Positions 12,612 through 24,913 of a stretch of 64,000 nucleotides of DNA are shown piece by piece (position 1 is the stretch's first letter; every line of letters starts with the position of its first letter). The notes beneath the pieces were generated by a model. That model was not told the DNA's origin. It did not search any database and worked only from the letters and a program-made list of their open reading frames with translations. The position numbers were made by a program, and so were the translations under genes. The DNA is from Paraspadella gotoi (taxonomy: Eukaryota; Animalia; Chaetognatha), in the NCBI GenBank assembly GCA_051294375.1, contig CM119270.1, positions 7,008,053 through 7,072,052 of the forward strand. The letters are read 5' to 3'.

Positions 12612-15600
12612 ATGACGGAGAAAATGTCGATGCGACCGCGGGGCCAGTCGACGGGGAAACCGCACAAGGCCACCTTCAAGTCCTACCTGCAGGAAAACAT
12701 TACGGAGCCGGGCTACGCCGCCAGCGGCAACAACGGCGTCCACCGGAGCGGCGGTGGCGGCGGATCGTCCTCGAACTCTTCGTCGGCGCCGCACCCCGCG
12801 GACGGGGCCTCGATCGAAGACGACGACCACCAAATCGCCGTCGACGGTCTCCCCAACGACGTCGTCGAGGGCGGCGGCTTCGAGAGCCTCGAGGAGGGCT
12901 ACGAGGAGACTCAGTTGGAGGTCTTGCTGGAGCCCGTGTTGCTCCGAGGCGAAGTCGTCCGGCACAGAGCCGAGAACGTTCTCAAGTGAGGAGTCGTTGG
13001 TTTTATTACTTATTTATTACTATTTCTTTTATTATTCTTTAAAGGGCACATCTTACTTAAGTAATAAGTTACTGTTGGTCATTTTAACAAATTCTAAACC
13101 AGAATTTAAAAAATAAATCAAAAACTAAGTTGTGTTGTTGTTTTCAAGGTACGCTAATTTCAGCGGTTTCAAGCACGGCTGCTCAGGAGTTCTTTACCTG
13201 ACCAACTTTCGAATCGCCTTCGTCACGTCGGAAAACTTTGGAACCGCGCAAACACACCAGGTTTAAATCAAATTCACAAAAAAGTTTCATAAATAGAGAT
13301 TTAAATATTTTCAGCAAACTTTCCCCCTAACATATTTCATATATTTCGAATAAATCGAAATGAATACAGACGATGGGAGCCCTAATCAAGTTTTTTGTCA
13401 GTCAGGAATTTGTGAATAATACTCTACAAGGTAGTATTAAGTTAAATTCTTTATTTTTTCAATGATAAAAAAATCATTTAAGCAACCTGAGATAACGCAG
13501 TTAACGATTGGGCCATTTTCTCCCCCTTTAATTTTGCCCGTACAAATTTCTTCTCCCTTCCTAACATTCTCATTTTCTCTCTACCCATTTTCTTCTTTGC
13601 CCGTGACACCCCCCCTACTTTACCCGACCGCGCCCTCCGCAACCCCTCCCCTCTCCCCTCAGAAGAACAAACTCTTCGGCGACCACGACATTCCGCTCGG
13701 CCGCGTCGACGGCGTCTTCCAACTCGGCTCCACCTCGACGACGAGAAAACGATTGCGCGGCAAGGTCGCCGCCAGCCACAAGATCAAGGCGCTGCAGATC
13801 TACTGCAAGGACTTCGAGATCCACACCTTCTCCTTCAAATTCGCGCGGGAGCGATTCCTCGTCAACGAATTCGTCAACGCCCTCGCCCAGGCCGTCGCGC
13901 CGGAGAAGCCCCAGTACGAGCTCCTCTTCGCCTTCGCCTACCGAACGCCGCCCGATCACGTCGAGGACACGGAAGGGACACGAACGTTCCACGAGGCCAA
14001 GGACCTCGACCACGAGCTCCACCGGCTCCACTGCGCCAACCTTTGGCGAGTGACCCACGTCAACCGGAACTTTCGGCTCTCCGCCCTTCTGCCGCAGTAT
14101 TTCGTCATCCCGAGGCACATGGTCGACCACGCGTGGGAGCGGTTGGCCGGATTCTTCACCGGCGGCAACGCCATCCAATGGAATTACACCCACTCGAACG
14201 GGTGCAGCCTCGTCACGATGTCGACGGTGAACGAGGAGAAGGAGAAACAGAGGCAGCAGCCCGACGAAGTCATCCCCGTGTGGGAGGCCATCGCGCGGGA
14301 AGGGGAGAAGAAGCAGCCCTCGGAGTGCATCGTCAGGGTGAGTTGGAAGGATTTTGGGTTCAGAAACGGTGACTAACAAATTATCCACAGAAATATACTT
14401 CGGGGAGGAAAAACTACTTTAAGCGATATGCCTCATATCATGTCAACTAATTATTTTCAAGGGATGACAAAATTAGTGAAGTAAAATAAAATAAGGAAGA
14501 GGTTCTTAAAAAAAATATGATTTAAATGTGGATTTTTTCTTTGAGTAGTGTTGGTTAAGAATCATCGAGAAATAAGCTTAACAATATATACGTCATAAGG
14601 CGATCATTCTATACGTAGATGCGGTGATCTCTATTAAAATTATAATTCAATTTCATGTTATTTCACGTTTCTTTTCTATTTACTATATAGGCTTAAATTT
14701 TTAGATGACCTAATTCCGCGCCTATAAAATCTGATTTCTTAAAATTGGAATCTCGAACGAGGATGGTTAAGGGTTTTTTTTAAAAGTCAGCAAGGGCATC
14801 GTGCTGTCCTCTGGATTAGTCCACGATTCAGTAATCTGGGGGGATATTGGTACAAGGAAGATTGGTCGCTGTTACTAATCCGTGGTGCTCATGGGATTCG
14901 GTTGGAACTCGCTCTGGGGCAATAGTAGTTACTCTTGTACTCCCAATGTATACGAATTCGGAGTTTTTGCTTTTCGCTGATCGACCCTCGACGATTTTAT
15001 TTCTCCAACTCCGCGTGAGAGATTTGGCGCGACCCGCCGGTTACTAATCACACTTACGCCCTGTTAAATCGCCGTCTTCGCTTTCAAAAGAAAAAAAAGT
15101 TAATTTCTTGGCCCCCCCCTCCGCCCCCCTTTCCCTCGGATTTCCCCCTTTCCCAGTGTCGTCTCTAAAAAAAGAGAGATAGACGGAGAGAGGGGGGGGG
15201 GAAAGAGAAACGAAATTCATTAGCTCCATTGAAACGCAAGCGCGAGGGAACGAAATCGTTGGAAGAGAGACGGATTTAGGAAAAGCAGGGCAGGGTGGGG
15301 GAGAGAGAGCGGGGAGGAAGAGAGAAGGATATGGGATGGGAGCGGAACTAAACCGGGGAGAAGAGCTAAAGAAGACGCAATAAAACGGGCGACAGATAGG
15401 GAGAAAATTAAGAAGAGGGAAGAAGAAAACTTAAGTAGTAATTGGGGGAAAGAGAGCAGATAGGGGAGAGAGAGAAAGATAGAGATTTGGCATTTTATTC
15501 AGGAACGAGGAACGATTCGAACGGGACGGAAGCTGTAAACATCGGAGTCACGAATGAGCCGTCCGATCATCAGTCAAGATGACTGATGACTGTCGCTACA

Positions 15601-18600
15601 GAGATTCATTGGTGTCGATGTCGGTGTTATTTTCATAAGAATTGGCTAACTGTTGATAATGAATCAACGGCAATAGAAACGAGGCCGATTCCAGAAAAAA
15701 AAACGTGAAATTTCGTTCATCTGTAAATTAATGAAACGGAATGTTCCATTCGCCGTCCACAATTGCCCGTCACAACTGTGAATTCAGTTCGTCATCGCCT
15801 TCACTATTGTCGCCGCTAAGATCCGCGTCGTTCTTCTAGAAGGAGGAGGAAGAGGATGGCGGCGCAGGAATAAAATCTCACTTATCGTCGGCGTCGACTT
15901 TCGCTCTCCATTTCGCCTTCGGTCGCGAGTCAATCGCGAGAGAGAGGGAGTGAGAAGCTACAGAGAGAGAGAGAAAGAGCGCATTCTCCTTATTACTCGC
16001 CGGTTGTTGAGTGTCGTCGGCTCGCAGTCTTTTCGGACGTTTCGACACCGAAATGTGTACGGTTCTGTCGCGAAGGAAAACAGTTAAAATGCAATGGCTC
16101 GAAATTCCGTTTTAGCGAGGCAATAGTTATTCAATTTATAATATTTTATATATTGATTTCAACTCCGAATTTCCAGTTTACAGAGACTCATTTTTATCTT
16201 TCAAATTAATGAGAGAATATATAAGTAAATTAAGAAAGGACGGTGCAACTTCCCCATTAACTGAGACACATTCCATTTAATGTGAGGCATTCTTTTCATT
16301 GAACATGGTTTCAATCACCTCGGCATTCTAATCAGCGTGTTACGTAGCCGAGCGTCGAAACGACGCTAATAGTCAACTACGATGGAGATAAATTCGCCTT
16401 GGCGGTTGTTCCGGAGTTAAGAGACGCTGGCGGTACGCGACCTTATTACTCTCTGTGGAGAGAATTGAGCTTCGGTTAGGATCATGGGGATTGGGGAGGT
16501 TTCGGTGGGAGTTGAGAGAAATAAAAAAAATATTTTTGCTGTTCGTCACTGAAAAATCAGGGGGGGGTTCATTGAGTCATGTTTGCATTTTCGTTTATCT
16601 TCGAAACTATGAAGAACTATTTTATTTATAATAATTTTTTCTATGTCCTTCTTAGAATGAAGAACCTGAGGTAGATTGTTATCTTTCAATAATATTCAAT
16701 CAATTTCTGGAATGATTTAAATAATGAAATTTTCAAATTGCTGATTGAAATCCAGCGGTCGGGTTGACTGATATACCAATACCGTTTTGAAAAAAAAAAA
16801 TATTTTTTTTTGGTTGGGTGAAGCGTATCATGTTGATCCGAAACAAACCTCTTGGTGTTTTCCTCCCAAAATAAATTGTTTCAAATCACCGATTTTGGAT
16901 GAATCATCTTGTTTGCATTAATGATTCCGCTAATGATTTTTCTTTCCTCCTACCCCTTCCCACCTTCCGTCCTCCATCCCACCTTCCGCCCAACAACCCA
17001 CCACCTCCACGCCACAGGTTAAGGAGGTGGTGAAGCGAACCCACCCGGCTCTCAGCGTGCCCGTCATCGTCGATTTGGACGAGTGCTTGGTCTCCGTCCG
17101 GGACATGGCGGTCAGCTTCGAGCGGCTCAAAGATCTCTGCATGCCTTCGTCGGAGGAGGAGTTGAAAACGCAGGACCCGACCTGGTTCTCCTCGGTGCAA
17201 AACACACAGTGGCTTCAGGTTTGAGGAAAAAAGAGAGAATGGAGAAAAACGAACTACTAAAATGATAGTTTTTTTTCTAAAACACAAGACGAGACTAAAG
17301 ACAAGACGAGATGGTTTTTGAATTATATATATTTTAAAAAAGTATTTAGCAATGGGTGGGATGGTGGGATCGGGACAATTAAGAAATTATCAAATTCTTT
17401 TAAAAGTTATTGATAATACATTTTTTGAGTGATGGTGGCCATCATTGACAAACAATGACAAAGAAGATGAAAGGGATCAAAATATCGACAAAACTGGTGA
17501 CAATAACAACCACCACGACGAAACTACCTCTGTTAAGTTGTTAGTGATCAATCTCTCTCTCAGGGCGTGCGCATGAGCCTGACGGCCGCCTTCGAAGTCT
17601 CCCAGTGGCTCGTGACGCGGAAGAAGAGCGTGATCATCCGCGAGTCGAACGGTGCCCGCGATCTGGCGCCGCTCGTGTCCTCCTTGGTCCATTTGATGCT
17701 TGACCCGCACTCGCGGACCATTGCCGGCTTCCAGACTCTCGTCGAGAAGGAGTGGGTGGCCAAAGGGCACCGGTTCCTGGAGCGGCTCGGCGTCATGGGC
17801 GTCCGCGAGAGCGAGGCCGAGTCGCCCGTCTTTCTCCACTTCCTCGACTGCGCCTGGCAACTCTGCCGCCAATTTCCCTCGCAGTTCGAGTTCTCCGAGA
17901 TCTACCTGGCCAGCGTCATCGACGCCACTCACCTAGGACTCTTTGAGAACTTCGTCTTCGCCTCTGAACATCAGAGGGTCAGGACGATACAGGTGAGTGG
18001 GCTTATGGAGGAGCTTGTGGAGCGTGTAGGCTGGACAGAGGGGATTATTTTTCAGGTCGGAAAGTAGATACATTGGGTTCTTTGAATGTCTGACTTTTTC
18101 AAAGAATTTAAAAAAATAAAGCTGATTTTACATGAGGTCTACCGTATCTTTCTTTAAAGAAAACGATCATCTACGATTCTACATAATAAAAGGTTCTGAC
18201 TTAATAATTTGACAGATTAACTTTCGTAAACTACATTAAATATAATACATACATCTTATTTTAATTATTCTCATTAACAAAATAAAATTTTCACCTCTAG
18301 TTGATTATTTAATAGTAATTGTATCATATTAATTTTGTACTAAGCAAACTTACGTCAGTACGAAACCTTTATTCATATGAAAACCATGCCCCCAATGCCC
18401 CTTCCCCATTACTTCCCCCCCCTTCCTTCCCCTTTCTAACCTCCTCTCCCTATCTCGTTCCCAGAGTTTCGAAAAGGAGCGACGGCCCTTCCGCGCGCCG
18501 AGCGTTTGGGACTGGGGCACCCAATTTACGGACTCAGACTTTGCCCTCTTCAAAAACCCACTCTACGCGGTGAAGGATCACCTGCCCAAGCATAGCATTC

Positions 18601-19796
18601 GTGACATCCTTCACACGGACTTGGCAGCAGTTCCCAACAACAACTTTCAAATCCCGCCACGGCAAGAACGCAAAAAGTTTTGCCGTGACGGACTCCTTTT
18701 TCCCCACGTGGGCGCGCCCCACGTTCACCTATGGTCGCTGTGCTACCTGCGGTGGATCACGCCGTTGGAGATTGTGGCGGGCGGGACCCCGAGCGAGTAC
18801 CGGCTCCAGAGCATGTACGCCGAGGAGATCGTCTGCCTGCAGCATAAAATTCAGTGTCTGGAGACGACGGCAGCGGCGGCTTCGTCGTCGTCGGCGGCCG
18901 GATCCGGAGGCGGTAGCGGCCCCTCCGGCGCGCAGACTTATATCTCCAACGCCCCCAACCCTTTCCTTCGTTCGGAGCGCCAGTGGACGTCCTCCAACGC
19001 CTCGTCGGCGACGTCGCAGCAGCAGCAGCATAACAGCAGCGGCGGCGCGTCGTCCACTCAGCCGCAGCAGACTCAACAGCAACCTCAGTCCTTCAAACAG
19101 CATTCTTCCTCCGCCTCCCGACGGGCGATGACTTCCTCCGCGTCTTCCGCTACGATCGCGCCTTCCTCCAACTCCAGCCACGCTCGACAGCACCAGCAAC
19201 GACAGCAGCAGCATCACAGCGGCGGTGGCGGGAGTCAGCAGCAGCCGCATCAACAGCAGCAGCAGCGGAACCATGTCGCGACTCACCACCCCTCGTCGAC
19301 CTCGGCGGGGGTCGGGCCGCACCATACCCTCCATCACCACCATCAACAACAACAGCTACAGCAACAACAACTCCAGCAACCCTCTTCCCAAACGCTCACC
19401 TCCTCCTTCCCCTTTTCCCATGGGAGCCTCTTCCACTCGTTGACGACGACGGACTCTTTGAGCGGACTCTCCAACGCCGCCGGCTCCTCCACGTCGGGCG
19501 GCGGCGGAGGCGGCGGCGGCGCCGCCGGAGAAGAGGAAGAGGAGGACGAGGACGAGGAGGACGAGGGAGATCCCGGGATGATGCCGTTGACGAAATACTT
19601 CGACTCGCAGACCACCTCCTCTTCCCACCACCACCATCCGCATCACCACCACCAACACCACCATCCCCACCACCACCACCATCCGCGCGGTCTCCACGCC
19701 CACGAGTTCGACTCGTCGGTCGGCAGCGAATCGGGACGCGTCTCGCAGGTCTCCACCGACTTTGACGACGTCCACGAGGACGATTTCCAAGAGTGA
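12612..19796 (+). CDS. MTMR10: Myotubularin-related pseudophosphatase, MTMR10/11/12 class (~1040 aa)
   Basis: Exons 12612-12985, 13149-13260, 13663-14337, 17018-17218, 17564-17992, 18465-19796, all phase-consistent. PH-GRAM (LLRGEVV..GVLYLTNFRIAF), phosphatase domain (WRVTHVN, LMLDPHSRTIAGFQTLVEKEWV, SPVFLHFLDCAWQL..QFPSQFEFSE). The catalytic HCSDGWDR motif is replaced by RESNGARD. 3-PAP-type SVWDW..QF...FKNPLY follows. Confidence 0.9.
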
Positions 19797-20384
19797 CTCT
19801 CTATTGACTCTCTCACTCTCTCTCTCTCTCTCTCTCTCTCTCCCGTGGGGAACTGACACGACTGGGACGGGACGGATCTAGACTGACTGGACGTGACCGA
19901 GAGGAAGAATGTTTTTTGAAAAAAAAATTGAAAGAAATTGAAAAAAAATAACTGTGTGAATCCGCGATTAAAAAATCTATAAAAATACAAAAGAAAAAAA
20001 AAGAATTCGAAACGAAAAATAGTATTTCTTAATTTTTTTTTCTGTTTCGCGCTCAGCTCCGTTGTTGTGGACTTTTATTAGAAAAATCATTTTACGAATG
20101 TATTTGGATTTGTTTTACTATTCTAATTATTATTTTAGTTCATAATTTATCATAATTTTTCTTAGAGATTTTTTTTAAATGCTCTTTTTTTCCCCATACA
20201 TTATTAATTCTTAGGTTTTATTCCTCCTAGTTGCTAACTGATTAATAAGAAAGTCAAGAAATATAGCTATAGATGAAAATGATACAAAATAATTCAATAA
20301 TTAATGCATACTGAGTCTCCAAAAACGCTAATTCATGCATTTGAATCCAATTGATTTTAGTTTTGTTCATCAATTTTTTTTTTA

Positions 20385-20565
20385 CTCGGGTGCGCACCGA
20401 GAGTAATATCAGTTTATATATCGGTTCGTACTGAAAGAATATCGGTTTATATATTGGTGAGAGCTGAGACAATATTAATTAATATATTGTTAAGTACCGA
20501 GCGAATATCAATGCGTAATGAGAAAATATCCGTTTATATGCCGGTGCGTACCGAAAAATATAGGT
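20385..20565. repeat. Degenerate ~33-bp minisatellite
   Basis: Recurring unit resembling GGTGCGTACCGAAAGAATATCGGTTTATATATC, 4-5 diverged copies. Confidence 0.6.
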
Positions 20566-22402
20566 AATGGCATCAGAAAACGTTAAGTATTAACCCAGTA
20601 TCACTCATTTAATACCATGGTGATTAGTCAACTAATCTAGTCTACAAAACACATTATGTGTACATTAATACATATATATCTTCATATGTATTCATGAATG
20701 CTACATGTGTGCATGCAGATAGTCGCTTTGAGAATCTTTTAAAACGGCTAGATAATGCAAAATCTAAATTATTAAAAAAATTAAGATATATGTAATTTTG
20801 ATTTTCTAAATTGATCTTATTTCATGACCTAGCCTAGGCTAATGTTTTCTTTGGTTTTTGGCATTTTCATTTAGGAATTTAAGACTTTATTTGTGATAAT
20901 TTGCTTGTTCAACATTCCAATTTCTGCCATAGCATTTTAATTTGGTAAAGCAGAAAAAATATTTATTTTGAAGTTCTACCTTAATATATATAAATTAAGT
21001 AATAATTCATTAATAGCTTATTGCAAAACTAGCTGTTTAACCAAATTATGAAATTGGGGCTAAAACCTGTGCCTGAAAATAGATTTAGAAATTGATCTAG
21101 GCAATTTAAATTTGAAGGGTCCAATTTGCAAAATGAAAATAGTGTTAGAAATGTTAACATTGACTAATTCCTAATATTTAAAAAAATATTTTACGATGTA
21201 ACGAGACTATATTGCATGCACCCATGTGTTTGATTAAAACTGCTAAGTCTCCGATGCCATCCCTTGATATTATGTACAACTTATAATGATCAAAACATTC
21301 TTTAGTTACTTGGGAGTTAAATTTAGTTGGATTTTTTTTCCAGTTTTCTTTTGATTCGCTTTTCAATTCGCCATCTTGTGATTAAACCACTCTGGGACGG
21401 TTTCCGCCCCGCAGGCCAGTCGTAACATTTGCCGCAAGATCGATTCTCTCTCTCTTCCTCTTCAATTCGCTCTCTGGTTTGTTAAATATTCATTTCAAAC
21501 AAAGTCATTTTTCTGAATTATTCAATTTTTTAATTTCCGTTCTTATGTTCAACGTGGTAACTGAGAAATCGGAAAAGTATGGAAAATTTAAAGAAATAAG
21601 ATTGCCAAGCAGATTACCTTTGTTTTTTTTTTTAAATACGGATTTCATCTCCTTAATCGCGTAAATAGTCTATTGGTTCCATATTTGTTGCTCATCCAAG
21701 GAAAGCCAATTTAGAAAAAAGAAATTCCCTTTACTCCCCTAACCTAAGTAAGCAGGTTTAGAATGGTGTACAATTTTTCTTTTAGAGATATTTGAACCTA
21801 ATGTAATGTTCCCTTTTCTACAAAATTGTGATTCATTTTTTGTTTTGCCAACCTCTTTTTTAATTAATTTCTCGATTATTTTTTTATTTTCCAACATTCC
21901 ATATTAATTTTTCCGTTGCACTTATAAGTTTCTCTTCGAACTTCTATGGGCATAGAATTCATTCCAATAGTATTGACATTTATAGCAGAAAACGACCCAG
22001 AGCTGATTTAAAAATAAAGAATCAAAGGAACACTATTCCAAAATAAAGAGGTCATATTCTACACTATAACTATCGCGAAGATCGCTGCAACTAGTACATC
22101 CTAGTCATTATGTAGTTTCCCGATTAAAAAACAAAAAAACAAAACAAAACAAACTGCTTCGTAAAAGTGATTCACAGTGTCCCCACCCCTTCCCCAAAAA
22201 TTAAAAGGCCAGAACATCGTTTTTTCATTGTGATTATATACAAACGAAAATCGGTTTACACAGTGATATCTGTAAGAACGGTTCTACTATCCCGGGGACA
22301 TTGGAAATCACTAGAACTAGAAAAAAAAACCAACCCAAATGTTAGTTCTTAGATCAGGCAGTATTAAAGCACCTGTTATCTTATTACTCATTCAAGAACC
22401 GT

Positions 22403-22504
22403 TTGAACGATTTCAACCAATGCGGGGGCGTTAAGTTTTTTCTTCTTATTATTTTTTTCTTTTTCGAAAAAAAAAGACGCCCCCGCTCGGTGGAAATCGG
22501 TCAA
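22403..22504. repeat. Short inverted repeat (hairpin / MITE remnant)
   Basis: TTGAACGATTTCAACCAATGCGGGGGCG pairs imperfectly with CGCCCCCGCTCGGTGGAAATCGGTCAA across a T-rich then A-rich spacer. Confidence 0.65.
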
Positions 22505-23028
22505 GTTACGATTCGAAAAACAAAAAAAAAAAAGAAGAAAAAAAAAATAGAAATGCCGTAAGGACATAGATTTATCAGGATTTAACTATGCTTGTAATTG
22601 AAATTGTTTGTTGCATTTTACAATTGTTAGTGAACTCTGTGACCGAATTTTTCTCAGTCGTTTTTTAGGTCGAGTTCTCCTCCCTTCCCCTCCTTTCCCC
22701 CCGCTTAGGTTTCTAATTTTTCTCGAATCCATCTTTCGATCGTTTTGGTCACTCGAGAGGTAGATTTTTTTTTTCTGTTTACATTCATGCATTGTGAGTA
22801 ATAAAAAAAATTGATATTGTTGACTCATACTATAACCTGATATTTATTTTACCTTGTTTAAAAAAAAAAATTACTGCTGTTTCATTTATAGTTTATGTTT
22901 ACCAATGTAAGATCTCTCTCTCTCTGTCACCAAAAGACTTTGTAGGAGGAAAACTAAATATATATTAATAAATAAAAAAAATTGTCTGACCAAAAAAGCA
23001 GAACACACTGTTAAAAAAATACTTTACG

Positions 23029-23158
23029 TTACTTAGTTTTAACGGCGGTTCTGGAATCTTTAATGGGGTACTACGGTTTTTATCAGTTGTATTGGTTTTT
23101 TGTTGATTATTATTAATTTTCTTTTTTTTCTGAGAACCCCAGTGTTAAACTAAGCAAT
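23029..23158. repeat. Small MITE-like inverted repeat
   Basis: TTACTTAGTTTTAACGGCGGTTCT versus AGAACCCCAGTGTTAAACTAAGCAA (imperfect reverse complement). Confidence 0.45.
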
Positions 23159-24157
23159 ATATCTGCCATAGTTATATAGTTGGTATTATATTGGGTAATT
23201 CCGTCGAGCCGGTTCTACGGTGGGAATCGCTCAATCCGCCGGTAAAAATGCTAATAATCAAATAAAAAAAATTCTTCATTGTGAAAAACCAAGTCTTTTT
23301 TTCTTCTTATCGTAGCTAGGAGGAAAAATAACTATTTAGCCTTGAAAATAAAGTTAGGCTAGAAATCTACTATGAAATTAGATTCAATAGGGGCGGCCGG
23401 GCGGGGGTTCAAAACTTTAGTCTTGAAGTCTACTTTCAGGTAAAAAAGAATTTTTAAAAAAAGTTTGACTTTAATGCTTTTATTGTTGCTATCAAAATTA
23501 CAATATTACTATATAATGATAAAAAATTTTTAAAATTAATCTTGACCTTTGATGGATTCTGATAGAGCATAAAAAGTTAAATAAAAAAAAATAACTACAA
23601 CTTTCAAAAATTCTTATGTTTTCTTGGTCAAAAATTTGGTAATAAAATTATCGAAAGAAGATGATGATGATGATTATTAATAGTTTTTCATATTTTTCAC
23701 TCACTTATGATCAAAATATCGAAAAAAGAATTATACTTTTTGCAAGCTTCCTGAATCTGGGCTTAAAAATAAAAATAAAAAAAAAATAAAAATTTTAGCC
23801 TTTCCTATTTATAAATAAATATTAAAAAATTAATATATGGGGTATGGAGTAATATTAAAATTTTTTGTCTATTCAAATTTGTTAAAAAATGTTAAAATTT
23901 TCGTTTGAGTAGGTGCTTGATTCAAATTTCTTAACCACCTTACTGAGTTAGGCTACTCCTAGTTAGGCCATCACTGCGTCAGAATTGAAAATCTTATAGC
24001 CAGAAAATCTTTCCTTATTAACAAAAATATTCACTTTAAACATTAGTTTTAACCCATATTTTCCCACATGAAGAAGAAGGTTGTGAACGCCATTCAGATG
24101 GAAATTTTTTTGGACTTAATTTCACTGCTAATTGACAGGACACATATAAAAATGGGT

Positions 24158-24574
24158 AAAATTTGAATTTCGCCGACTGGGGTTTTGGCTCCTTTTAAAA
24201 AAAAATTAGGGTTATTTTTATTTTCGCCGACCGGGGTTAAGGAGGGGTTAGGGTTAAGGGTAATTTAGGGGTGGTTAAGGGTGGTTAGGGTTAAGAGGGT
24301 TTAGGGTTAGGATAATTGGGTACTATTTTTTTATTTTTAAATATTTTTTTAAAAGCCGCCATAACCGCGGTTGGCGAAAGTAAAATTTAGCCAAAAATTA
24401 TTTTTAAAAAAATCAAAAAAAGGGGTTAGGGTTGTTTAGGGGTGATTAGGGTAAAGACTTAAGAGGGTTTAGCGTAAGGGTAATTGAGAATATTTAAAAA
24501 AAAAAATAAAAAAATAAATGTTTTCAAGTGGTTTTTCAAGACGCCAAAACTCTGATCGCGAAAGTAAAAATTTT
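24158..24574. mobile_element. MITE-like element with ~50-bp inverted repeats enclosing degenerate TTAGGG tracts
   Basis: 24158-24208 is an imperfect reverse complement of 24339-24388. TTAGGG/TTAAGGG runs at ~24233-24312 and again ~24421-24482, followed by a second partial right end (~24540-24574). Confidence 0.6.
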
Positions 24575-24913
24575 AACAAAAAGGATTGAGGGACAAATAT
24601 ATGAATATATATATATATATACGAATTTATTAGAAAAATCTCTAAGGAATTATTATATTTCATAACCGATCTTCAATGAGAACGTAATATTGGTTGCATT
24701 TTATGATGGTGTCATCGATTCGGCTCTGTTCTGTCGGAGTAAGTCGAAGGAGGAAGAGGCGAGTTTAATCTCTATGGAAACGATCGAGTAAAACAAAATC
24801 CAGAAATCTCTCTGCGCTTTTCTCGACTAAACCTATTTTTACTCCTCCCAAAATTTAATAAATAAACCAACTATCATTCGATTAGAATAAAAATAATTGA
24901 TAAATCAATAAAA

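Noticed and set aside
15533-15553. TGTAAACATC resembling the miR-30 5' end
   Set aside because: Only 10 nt match, no precursor hairpin around it, and miR-30 is a vertebrate family.
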